Shown here: positions 9,723 to 21,776 of the stretch, piece after piece
Position numbering within the stretch: position 1 is the first letter of the stretch
Layout of the letters: the number at the start of each line of letters is the position of its first letter
NCBI GenBank assembly: GCA_051941275.1
Contig: JAVEBF010000020.1
Span: 1 to 51,919 of the forward strand
DNA length: 51,919 nucleotides
Source of the DNA: Dirinaria sp. TL-2023a
Taxonomy: Eukaryota
Direction: 5' to 3'
Position numbers and translations under genes: made by a program
Notes under the pieces: generated by a model
The model's input: the letters and a program-made list of their open reading frames with translations, nothing else
Databases searched by the model: none
What the model was told of the DNA's origin: nothing

Positions 9723-12004
9723 TTCGCGGAAAACCCTTGGAACCCCCCCGTGTTTGGATGCTGATCATACACCAGCCACGTGCCTGCAACGAGTCCAGTG
9801 TATCATGGAAGTAAGACAGTAGCAGTGTACTAAGTACTGTACATAACTGTATCCTTCCACGAAGGGGGAGCCCAAGGGCGAGCGAGAAGCGAGAGATGTG
9901 AAGAGCGATCGATGGAGATAGGGACAGAGGGAGGGACAGAGGAAGAGACACCACTAGTCGCAGAGGAGTAGAAGCAGAACTTGTCTAATAGACCATCTAT
10001 TCGTCACTATATTATTACTATCTATGCCTCGTAGTACTGTACTCGCTCCCTCGTCGTCACTCCTCTGCCCCGTCGACTCTCCTGTAGCTTGTAGGAACCC
10101 AACGCTGATTTTGGCGTCTATCGCAAGAAAAGAAAAGAAAAAGCCTCGAGTTGGGATCACGAGTCGCGTTCGCCGCTCCAATTAATGCAAGCCGAAAATG
10201 GGCCTGTAGGCTGTGAGATCAAAAATCTGGGCCAAGAATAAGATGCGCCTCGGGTGTCACTTTTGAACACTTTTCGAGGAGCTTCAGCTTTCCCCGAGCG
10301 TCTAAACTCGTCGGCACGCATGAATTACACCAGACGTTGCAGACCGGAGCTGAGGCCACTCTGGTGGGACCCGCGGCGTTAGGAAGCAAAAAGCTGCTCA
10401 TCAAATCGCATCGTCGCCCTCCAAAGATTCCAAATCACCGATAGAGAACGAGTACCAGAGTAAGGTACCTGACATGCACTCGTACGTACGATACCATACC
10501 TACATCCTCCGTACGGGGCATCACTTGCCGCTACCCTGCGAGCCTGCCACCATCCTTTCCCCCCCGACACGATCCGTACCCGCACCCTCCCATTAAGACA
10601 GCCTCACTTCGTCCTTCGCATGCTCGAGGGATTATAGATGTGCAGACACGTTCTACAGTGTCATGGGATCTGAGTGAGCCCATTATTATGCCGACATTGC
10701 GTCATACTGTGTGGTTGCGCCAACAATTTGTGCAAGCTTTGACGGTGTGGAAGCGTAGATTATTGATGCGACTGGAGGATTGCTGCACCATGCGTTTGGC
10801 GCGGCACTGTCCGCCAGCTCAATGGATCTGGGGAGCCTCCCCTGGAGGGACGAACGATTGTCTCGTTGCATAATCGAGATAACTGCAGATTGAATGCCGA
10901 TGACAGCACAAGAACGGTGCGCTTCTGGAGAGCCAGCCGACGCAGATCATCGTAAGAGGCACCAGAGGACGGGGATTACATCCGAGGCGCATGCAAGCTG
11001 CAAGCCAGCCTCCACACCACCCGTCTTCGTATGCTGACTGGTGCAGTCCATACTCCGTACATACAGTAGTGCTCGATGGGCGCCACCGGGCGCCGCCTTC
11101 AAGGCTTCAATGCGTCCTCACCACGACGACAGCGACAGTTTCTCCGCTGCAGTCAATGAGCTGAACGCCTCAGATGTGTATCAGCGCATTCTCGTCCCTT
11201 TTCAATTTGCGCTTGCGGTCCAGTGCTTCTGCAGGCATAGCAATGATCTGTGGGAATCGGTTGATTGGAAGATGCTCGTACGATAGAGGCGTCAAAAGCG
11301 AAATCTTCGATGGTTTATGTCGGCCGCCCTCAGACTCTGTACATTATTACTTGTTATCCAGTCTTGGCATACTATGATACTAAGGTACCTATCCACCTAG
11401 GTCGTACATTGTAATTCTATCAATAATGTTAATACTTCTGTGCTGAACGGAAGCTTCAACTGATGCAAGGTCTGACTGATCCAAACCATCGGGAGGGGCG
11501 GAAGGCTGAGCCGACCAATGCACTAATGTACACCATCTTGAAGCCGTTGAACACTGGAGTGACTGTACACCTCTTCTCCGGTTCCCATCAACAGTCTTGC
11601 CGCTAGTTCGCCACCCAATAATGTCATCGATGAGTTGTTGTCGGCGCTTGAGCATAGCCGCTCCTGGCGGCAGCTGTACCCACCCCTGTGCCTTCGAAGG
11701 CCCGTGCAAGCAAAGACCGCTCTCTTGTTCTTGTAAATATCAGTCTTTGTGGGATTGAAGACTGGCCTTATCAGAAGCGCTTGGTGAAACTGTCCTACTC
11801 GCACTGTATGGCTTTCCGGTCATGGGTCGATGAAAGCTGGTTCAGACGTAGCGCTCCGGACAGTTTGATAGTTTCCTACCAACCGAATTAAGGGCTTGGC
11901 AACGATCTCTGCGAAAATCTTTGAACGTTGCATGCGACTAGATGTGATGGTGGAGACATCTCAGTTTGGCGTAAGGGAGCTCTGAGAATTAGGAGAGTTT
12001 CTTG

Positions 12005-13196
12005 TCATATATTGAAGCCTCCATGTCCGACCGGATCGGAAAACCTCCACAGGCCAGCATCTTCGGCCGCTTTGCGGATGCTCGAAACTTCTTCTTGCGT
12101 GACTGCTTTGTTGATATCTTCATAGCGCCGCTCTGAGGGTACTGGCGCCGAAGATACTTCTCCGCTTGGCTCGTCCACTTTCAAGGCATTATGGCCGACC
12201 GTGGACAATCGTCTGGATACGCGGCGCGGTTTGCCCACATGCGCATCCGCGTGGTACTGTTCCATGATATTGATGAATGTATCTCGTGATAAGTTGTTAC
12301 CAAGCCATTTCATGATCTGATGTCCTTCCGCTTCCTTTCCAGGCATGACGAGATGCCGGACCAGCAAACCCTTCTTTGCAATCCCATCCGGGGTGAAGCA
12401 AAGGTCACCGACTTGTGCATACATTTTCTGAATACTCTCCCTCGCCGTAGCTGCATAATCCTCGGCCTTTAGCAGACGTTTTGAGGTACTTGCGTTCCAG
12501 ACCTTAAAATCCGGTAGGTAAATATCGATCAACCCATCCAGCAGATCCAACGATTCCAGAGAGTCAAAGGCTGAAGTGTTGTAAATGATTGGCAGCCGTA
12601 ACCCTAGCTCTCGGGCATGAAGGATAGACAGCACTGCCTGAGGTACAACGTGCTCAGGAGTAATAAGGTTGATGTTGTGAACACTGCCAACATTCTGAAG
12701 CTTTAGGTACCACTCAGCCAGCTCCTCGGGGGTGACATCGAACCCATTGCGCTGGTGCGCTATGTCGTGGTTCTGGCAAAATACGCAGCGTAAGTTGCAG
12801 CCAGAGAAGAAAACCGAGCCAGACCCTTGGTGGCCTTGGATGCAAGGTTCTAACACATGGTCAGATCTACAATTTTGTTTTTGTCTGGTCTTCGCGGGTA
12901 CCTTCACCGAAGTGTGGAGCAATGGTGCTGACCTTCGCCGTCTCTGCACCGACAAGGCAAACGCCAGTAGTTTCATACCTGTTCACGCCGCATAGGCGAG
13001 GGCACAAGTTACAATTGCGTAGATGGGCATAGGCCGCAGACCTCTTCTTAGATGCTTCAACGGATGACAGTTGATGGTAGCGCGGGATGTAGCTATCTAA
13101 GAGGAATGGTGGGGCCAAATGCAACATCCTTCTCCAGCGAGCTGTAGCCAACGGCTGGACGGCCCAGCGCTTCAGGTAGGACGCGGGCAGGAGCAT
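12005..13196 (-). CDS. Radical SAM protein, PflX-like (pyruvate formate-lyase activating enzyme-related), ~379 aa, 2 exons
   Basis: Exons 13196-12902 and 12849-12005 (52-nt intron) join HFGE|EPCIQG. CxxxCxxC motif SVFFSGCNLRCVFCQN; N-terminal CNLCPRLCGVNR; IDIYLPDFK and LVRHLVMPG motifs typical of PflX-like proteins. Confidence 0.88.
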
Positions 13197-13742
13197 TGAT
13201 GTTGGTATACTTGATACGGCTGGCAATCATGGCAAATTTTTTGATTGGAAGAGCAAGATGTTACCTTAAATTTATTACAAAGGGATAAAAATGCTTCCAT
13301 TTAGCGGTCCTTCGCCGATCCGTTGTAAGGGTTCTACGATGTAAGCCGATGGTGACCAGTAAGTCGTGGGTCGAAGTGCACGAAGCATGGAAGTGTTGGC
13401 ACGGTATCTTCGTGATGACCAGTTCGCGCCAAGTGATTGTCCGCCACAAGATTACGTCAGCTTCCTTGCAAGCGAACAGGAAGAAGGCGACAGGTAGATG
13501 TCTGCGCGGAGAAACAACACCGTAGGGACCGTTGCCGGCACTTCAAATGTTTGACGGACGCTTACAGTCATACTCATCACGTTGATCGAATTAAATGACC
13601 TATGACCTTCTATTGTACCAGTACAGCGATGACCCAAGCAAGCTATGCTAACGGTTCTCAAAGCAAAAAATTTAGCTACATGTTTTGAGATCCCGAAGCA
13701 CGTGGTGAAAGAGCGCTGCCCTTCTCGTGGCAGAAACTACGC

Positions 13743-16700
13743 TCAATCAAGACCGAGAAAATGAAACAGCCACTGGATGAATGCGTCGATCGCTGCTTGT
13801 TCCTGTTCTTGACCTTCGACTGCCGATGCGGCGGCTGATGCTGCGACCGAGCCGGTTGGGGCGGTCCCAACGATGGCTGGCACCACTGCCGATACAACTG
13901 CAGATGGAACTCCTTTGGACGTCAATGCAGCGACAATGGAAGAAGACAATTCCGATGGACCCAGTAGACTTGGCGTCGGAGGTGGCGACGTCGTGGCTTC
14001 AATCTCGGACTTTGACCTCAAGACTGAAGAAACGTCGAGCGTGGACAGCACTGCTGGACTACTGGATGACTCAGCCGCAGAGTTGATTATGGAAGGCGTC
14101 GACCTCGGTAGTGATTTTGACGCGGCTGCGGTCTGATCCTTCGACGAGACGGTGGCAGTCGAAGGAGACACTACAGAAGCTGACGTACCAGGATACGTAG
14201 GAACTTCGAGGGACGTATTGGGTGGCGATGACGAGGTATTTGTCGAGGTCGCAAAAGTAACGCTGGATGAATTCGAGGTTGCAATGATTGACGAGCTTGA
14301 CAAAGCGATACTGGACGTTCTTGAGCTCGTCGACGTCTGGTCACTTAGCCCCATTGAAGTCTCGCTGCTGATTGAGACGGCTGTCGCAGTGGCAGATGAT
14401 GAGTTTTTGGATGAAGTCGGTACAGCGCTGGGCCTAACGTTATCTGCTTTGATGATGTCCGCAGCCTGCTTCTTGTCAATAGTGCGATTCACGAAGGGCA
14501 AGAGGTGAAGGAGGCTTCAGCACTGACTTTCTCTGCAACACCATAAACGACAGCTTGAAGATGTGCGCCTGGTATCATAGGAAAGATACCAGCATCTACA
14601 ACTCGGAGGTTCCTTGTGCCGTAGACTCGTAGATGGGGATCCACGACTCCACCATGCTCCAGTGGTAGCATTGCACATGTTCCACTTGGATGGAATTCAG
14701 TTCGAATACCATTATTGATTACTTGATTAATAGCAGCTACGTCTGCGTCAATAGGCGGTACGAATTGTGCAGCTTGCAGCAAGCGCATTGCTGGCGTGTC
14801 GAGGATTCGACGATTGAATAGCATAGCTTCGACCAGGACTTGGCGGTCTGTAGGGTTCGATAACCAACGGGGATCGATCTGAGGAGGCTCAAACGGGTCC
14901 GCAGAGTTGATGAAACATGTTCCTCGAGAGAATGGGTGCATTACTGCAAGCGTCAAACCGCCGGCATTGTTGTTGATAATCTCATACGCTGCTACGTTTC
15001 GTCGACCCAAGCGCTCGACCAACGACTGCTTCTGAGCAGTAAAGCCTGCGACCAGAGTGGCGTCAAGACCACTAACTAGATACTCCGAAGGGCTTTGGTT
15101 GCTAGCGTTAGATAGAATAGACGCCGAATTGTTGCTAATTAGTGACAGTGGTGGAAAAGCTAGTGCGTTGGGGGATCCAGCAGTCCATGGACCTGGCCGA
15201 TCAGCTGTGAGTAGGACTTTAGCAAGATCATTTGTCGTACGACACACCTGTTTTGTTATGCTTGTACTCCGCTTCAGCCTCCGAATTGTATGTAGCATTG
15301 GTGGTCAATGCTGTTGGGGACGGGTAGCTGTTATTATTATCTGCTATTCGTTAGCTTAGGTATGACAGCATGCAGATGGCCGTGCCATACAGGGGTAAAA
15401 AGTGCCAACCAGGCAGTGATCCTGAAGATTGTTGCCTACTCCCGGAAGGTCTAGGGCAACGGTGATATTGAACTTTGCCAATAACGAGGACGAACCGATT
15501 CCAGACAGCTGTAAAAGCTGTGCAGAATGCAAAGACCCCGCCGCTATAATAACTTCCCTGGTAGCGTACACGGTCTGTCGTTGTGCGGATGCAACAGGAG
15601 CGAACTTCAACAGTAAGCCAGGTTCAGTATCTGATGGGCTGGATACCTACCTCAACCCCCGTGATCCTCAGGTTTGACGAGCTCGGATCTTGCCGCCGGG
15701 CAAAGCGATTTTTGGTTTGTCCACCAATTGGAGGATTGTTTGCTGATGGTCCAAATCCAAATCCGTCAGGATTACCGTTTGCGGTGCCATCTCCGTTCTC
15801 GTTGCCACCAGCAGTTGGGTTTGACACTTCAGGCGAGGCATCAACATCTTCAATGAGTACACGTGTTACATGCTGTCCGGTAATGACGTGAAAATTCGAT
15901 CGATGAACGTAAGGATCGTAGTAGGTACGACGTGCATCCGACCGCGTTTGATTGTTTGGATCAAGGTCTGTAGGAACAAAAGCAGCACCAGCAGTGGTAC
16001 CATCATTAGGGTCAAACTCGGTAGGTACCCCTAGGTAGTTCAAACCTTGGAAAAGATTGACTGCGCAGAAACACATCAGTGGATGAACGCTATTGCCTCC
16101 AGGGCACGTACTTGATTGAGGATAGAAGTACTTGGGGTAGCTGACTTGGACCGGGCCAGATGTGCCGTGAACTGCGGGATTGTAGTTGATCGAATACTGG
16201 CGTGCAATCTCCTCGGAGTACACAGGCGTATATGTCTCGCTCTGTTATTCACGCTGTCAGGATGGGTTGAAACTGGTTAGTGGTGTAGGGTTGGAACAGT
16301 AGTACTTTGATGAAGTACGGCAATATGCCTTCCCATCCCCAGCCAGGGTTACCCAAGGCTTCCCAAGCATCGTAATCATCGGCTCCTCCACGATTCCAAC
16401 ACATAGCATTCAAAATGCTACCACCGCCTAGAACCTTGCCTTGCGGCATTGGACGCGTGGCCCCGTCAAGCTGTGTTTGAGGGGTGGTTGACAGATCCCA
16501 ATCATAGACACCGCCAATATCTGCTCCTACATAAACCGGATCTTGGATGACGGCTTCATAGTGATCGCTGAACTCGTCAGTAACGCTGCATGGGCCTATC
16601 TGTGGTTGACTTACGGATTGCCGGCCTCGATACACAATACAGTGACGGATGGATCCTCTGATAGTCGATTGGTGACCACCAGCCCACTGATACCACAGCC

Positions 16701-16826
16701 CACCACTATGTAATCGTACGACTTGAGCAGAGGTGCATTAAGATCACGTTCATAGATGCGTGCTCCAAGTGCGAAGGCTGGCAAGTGAGCTGAGATAGCC
16801 AAGGCTGCTGCTAGAAGGCCGAGCAT
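13743..16826 (-). CDS. Secreted GMC oxidoreductase (CAZy AA3_2-like), ~902 aa, 8 exons, with ~240-aa Ser/Thr-rich C-terminal tail
   Basis: Exons 16826-16615, 16567-16306, 16241-16112, 16060-15651, 15604-15391, 15340-15248, 15192-14528, 14465-13743 (2709 nt, in frame). Signal peptide [15 protein letters not shown] motif [34 protein letters not shown]; catalytic His pair TEFHPSGTC and [28 protein letters not shown]. Confidence 0.93.
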
Positions 16827-17941
16827 GGCGAAAAGCTCCGCCAGCAGAACGATGAAGTTAAGGAGGTTTATGAATTACAAAGGAAACATGCAATGAAGGA
16901 ACTCAACGAACGACGGCAGCGAGCGTGGGTGCTGCAAAATGCTGAAGCAGGAAATAATTGCGGTTCGAGGTGAGAGGGAGGAGATGTGGGCTTAAAGTCG
17001 TCGTCAGATCAAGGGTAAGGTAGGTAAGCAGGGTAAGGACGTAAGGTAAGGTAGTGCCGATCTGGAGGCAACAGACCTCCCTATGGGATATGGGAACATT
17101 TATTTTACCTTCTGCCTTCCACAGCTTTCTACACCATAGGTACGGGTTATTTGAAATGGGATTTGGTAGTCCTTGAGATCGTATACGAGCTAGGGGGGCC
17201 TTGGGAGCAAGTATCCTAGTCGCTGTTTCACAGATCACGCTACTTGCAAAGAGCTAGAATGTTGCGCAAAGCAGCTGCGCAATGATAATGATGAATGCAT
17301 GCTGCAAGCGATTTGATGATGACGATTTGACATGTCTTCTAGTGACTCCACAAGAGCTCAAAGTAGTCTCACCAGGCGCATTATCACCACTAGTAGTGAT
17401 GATAATGATGATGAACCCTCAGAAAGGTGCTTCATTACATTTGATTAGAGGACTTCAAGCGATGCGAAAGACGCATTCGAATCTCGTATTTCAGCAACTG
17501 TGTACTACAGTAAATAGACTACTTGCCTGCAGGTTGGGGTGCGTGCAGGTGAAGGGAATGCCAACGAAATATATATCGGCCTAGCCATCATCGTCATCAT
17601 GTCCACATGATGTATTCGACCACAGATATGCAAGAGATACAACGGCTGCTTACTACTCTGTTGGAGGTGACGGCAGGATACGAGAATGATTAAGGCCCTT
17701 CACACGGGCGTCTCTGCCTCCGGTGCCTAATTGGAAAGTCTCGTGACCAAAACATCTTGATTCTGTGTTTACGCCTTTGTAGATAGCCTTGCTGTTGTAA
17801 CGGACCGTCCGAGCAGACCATGTTATATTAGGCTATTGAGCAGCATACCTGAGAAGCGACAGAGGTCGTCACTTCACGCTAGTGCTAGCGCGTATGGAGC
17901 TAAGCCGAATGGAGCGAAACCACTTTACGCGCTCACGTCGA

Positions 17942-17947
17942 ACGCGT
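17942..17947. promoter_or_regulatory. MCB-like element (ACGCGT) upstream of MCM6
   Basis: ACGCGT about 65 nt before the ATG at 18011, with further CGCG cores near 17889 and 17928. MCB boxes are established in fungal DNA-replication gene promoters. Confidence 0.55.
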
Positions 17948-18010
17948 CTTTTGACCTGCTGCTCCTTGAAATTCCAATTGACAGCAACCTCCTCAAAAAT
18001 CGCAGGCATC

Positions 18011-21000
18011 ATGTCTTCCGTCACCGGCGCAATGCTCAACTCTGACGGCGCTGCTAGCAGAAACAAGAATCCCAAACTACCGAATGGACGAAACGCCCAG
18101 CGCTCATCGCCGCGCCCTCATGGGCCTCCATCGGAAAGCAATGGGGCGCTCAGCGATCCAGAGGGCTTCCCTGACGATGAGGTGGTCGGCGCCCGAGGCA
18201 CCGACAGAAACAGGCCACGCGATCCAATGGCCAGAGCTGTGCCAAAAGTGGTTGACAAAGTAGGCGAAAAGGTTGGGGAAGAATTCGAGAAGTTCTTGGA
18301 CCAGTACGTCTTCTCCCTTCACTGCTAATGGTAGTAAAGGCTAACCTTGCAGGTTTGTCGAAGACATAGCATCTTCTGGAGTGCCGCCATCGAGCGCCTT
18401 GTCTACGGACAGATATTATATAGCCCAAATCCACGGCCTAAGGATCTACAGCCTAAGTACACTTTATGTCGACTTCCAGCACTTGATGTCATTGCAAGAC
18501 CATACCTTGGCGAATGCGATTGCGGATGACTACTATCGTTACCTTCCCTTCTTAATCCGGGCTCTCCATATCTTAATTGCAAAGTACGAACCGCGATATT
18601 TCAAAGAGCATCGACAACCAGCCAGCGCTTCATCTCAAACAAACTCATCCGTTGCCGGCAATGGACCGAGTCAAGCAGAGCCAATAGGAGGCAAAACCAC
18701 GAACCAACAGACGGATAAGCTCTTCTCGCTGGCATTCTACAACTTGCCCCTTATCTCAAGGGTACGGCAGCTAAGGACAGCGTCAGTGGGGAAACTACTC
18801 TCTATATCAGGCACAGTAACGAGAACGTCGGAAGTTCGCCCGGAGCTGTACTTGGCGACTTTCATCTGCGAAGGCTGTCGGACCGTCATCAATGACGTAG
18901 AGCAGACTTTCCGCTATACGGAACCGACACAATGCCCCAACCTGGTATGCGGTAACCGACAGGGATGGAGGCTTGATATCCGGCAAAGTACTTTTGTGGA
19001 CTGGCAGAAAGTCCGAATACAGGAGAACAGCTCCGAGATACCCACCGGCAGCATGCCGCGAACAATCGACGTTATCCTTCGAGGCGAGATCGTCGACCGA
19101 GCAAAAGCTGGCGAAAAGTGCGTCTTCACCGGTACGCTCATCGTGGTCCCAGACGTCAGTCAGCTTGGTCTCCCAGGTGTACGACCTGAAGCCACTCGCG
19201 ATAACCGCAATGCTCCTAGGGGCGGCGATGCAGGTGGCACCGGAGTCACGGGCCTAAAAGTCCTCGGTGTCCGCGATCTGACCTACCGCATGGCCTTCCT
19301 CGCCTGCATGGTCACGCCCGACATCTCTACCCCGGGCCAATCCGCATCCCAACATTTGACAGGTCAAGCCAGCAACATTCTCGCCTCTCTGAACCAGGCA
19401 GCGACGATCGACCCCTACGACACGGGCGACCAGGCTCAAGAAGCCTACTTACAATCTCTCACCCAAGCGGAGATCGACGACCTCAAGCAGATGGTTCACA
19501 GCGATCACATCTACTCTCGGCTCGTAAACTCGCTTGCGCCCATGGTCTACGGGCATGAAATGGTCAAGAAAGGCCTATTACTACAATTGATGGGCGGCGT
19601 GCACAAAACCACTCCAGAAGGCATGCAACTCCGTGGTGACCTGAATATCTGCATTGTCGGTGATCCCAGCACGAGCAAGTCCCAATTCCTTAAATACATT
19701 TGCTCCTTCCTCCCCCGTGCGGTGTACACCTCTGGCAAGGCCTCCTCCGCAGCAGGCTTAACAGCGGCCGTGGTCAAAGACGAGGAAACAGGCGAACACA
19801 CCATCGAAGCCGGCGCGCTCATGCTCGCTGACAACGGCATCTGCGCCATCGACGAGTTCGACAAGATGGACATCGCGGACCAAGTCGCCATCCACGAAGC
19901 CATGGAGCAGCAAACCATCTCCATTGCCAAAGCCGGGATCCAGGCCACTCTGAACGCGCGCACATCTATCCTCGCGGCGGCGAACCCTGTAGGGGGAAGA
20001 TACAACCGCAAAACCACTCTCCGAGCGAACATCAACATGTCGGCGCCCATCATGTCACGGTTCGACCTCTTCTTCGTGATCCTGGACGAGTGCAACGAGG
20101 GCGTCGACCGACATCTTGCCGAACACATCGTGAACATCCACCGGCTGCGCGACGATGCCGTGCAGCCGGAATTCACCACCGAGCAGCTGCAGCGATACAT
20201 CCGGTTCGCGCGGACCTTCAAGCCCGAGTTCACGCCCGAGGCGAAAGCGCTGCTAGTAGAGAAATATAAAGAACTCCGCGCGGACGACGCGCAGGGCGGC
20301 ATTGGGAGGAACAGCTACCGCATCACGGTCCGGCAACTGGAGAGCATGATCCGATTAAGCGAAGCGATCGCCAAGGCGAACTGCGTCGACGACGTAACAC
20401 CTGCGTTCGTGCGCGAAGCATTCAATCTGCTCCGGCAATCCATCATCAGCGTCGAGAAAGACGATGTAGAAGTCGACGAAGAAGAAGAAGAAGAAGAAGA
20501 TACGAACGAAGACAGAGACGGTGACTCGCCAATGGCTGATGAGCAACAACATGAACAAGAAGATGATGATGACGGACCTCCGGCGCCAACAGCAACAAGG
20601 GCACCCAGGAAAACAAAAATCACCTACGACGAGTACATGAAGAAACTGAACGTCCTGGTGCGGCGCGTGAACGATGAGGAGCAGGTATCGGGCGAAGGCG
20701 TCGAGCACGACGAGCTGGTGCTGTGGTACTTGGAACAGAAGGAAGATGAGATCGAGACCGAGGCGGAGCTGGAGGCGGAACGGGAGCTGGTGCAGAAGGT
20801 GCTGAAGAGGATGGTTAAGGCAAGTTTTTTTCCTCCCCCCTTTTTCCCTTCCATTTCCAATGATTCCCCCTTCCAAATTCCAAAAAATTCAAGGAATTGA
20901 AGAAAACAGAAAACTAACCAATCCCGAACAGGACAACATCCTAATGAAAACCGAAGGCACAGGCGAAGGGTTACGAGACGACGACGAAGAAGAAGAAGAC

Positions 21001-21084
21001 GAGGCGCAAGCAGGTAATAGTAGTAGTAGTTCGAGGAAGGTGGTATATGTGCTGCACCCGAACTGCGCGATTGAAGAGGTGTGA
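18011..21084 (+). CDS. MCM6: DNA replication licensing factor MCM6, ~970 aa, 3 exons
   Basis: Exons 18011-18303, 18353-20819, 20932-21084. GTVTRTSEVRPEL, Zn finger CEGC..CPNLVC, Walker A GDPSTSKSQFL, Walker B ICAIDEFDKM, arginine finger MSRFDLFF, ITVRQLESMIRLSEA, C-terminal YVLHPNC. Confidence 0.97.
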
Positions 21085-21776
21085 TTTGCATAATAAACAC
21101 CTTCGAACCGGCATGAAAATTGGCTTTTTAGTAAAGGGCGTACAAGTTGTAACTCCAGCATTCGCAATCGGGCATGGGGCATGGGAATAGGGAATCCTGT
21201 ATCGATGGTGGTGTAGCAAGGTGCCACGCTACCAATAAATAAATAACTCCCCCTATTTCCCCCGTCGGAGTCGGATATCATTAGTTGGTACGAGTACATG
21301 TATACATACTGTTACAATCAATAAAATTGAATCGCAGACATTTAAAAAATTCGATTGATAGTCCTATCTACAAAAGAGAGTAAATAACCTAAACCGATAC
21401 TCTGAGAGTCGGTTAAATAATGGGGTCGTCATCGGCGTTTCCTCCACACGCGCGTTCGAGAGCAAGAAAAGGGGGGGGGGTCATGATGATCCGAGTTCGC
21501 AATAGGACGAATAATTTCTTTTAGGCCGTGAAAAAAGAGTATGCTGCGCAGATTCATGGATGATGAGTAATTTGTTGCTGAGGCGTAGAGATCGTTGAAA
21601 ATTGTTAAGTCTGAGAACAAATTCGATGCTTGGTGCGGGGGTAGTGTGATGAAACCCCCCCAACAGCAGAGCAGACATGGAGGATTGATGATGTGAACTC
21701 TTTTGCGGAATGGCAAAAGTCATAAGCAAATGCAATAAATCCATAGGCGCGCCTTCCTCAAGTCCTTTCGCGGTCA

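Noticed and set aside
9479..11900. Many 60-110 aa ORFs in the long intergenic region
   Set aside because: No domain motifs, no consistent strand and no chain of splice signals; best read as promoter/UTR sequence.
12005..16826. Biosynthetic gene cluster formed by the radical SAM and GMC oxidoreductase genes
   Set aside because: No PKS, NRPS, terpene synthase, precursor peptide or pathway regulator nearby; the two proteins appear targeted to different compartments and sit beside housekeeping genes.
19547..20302. 251-aa antisense ORF within MCM6, and similar shadow ORFs in other genes
   Set aside because: Expected from high third-position GC in the sense gene; no independent motifs.
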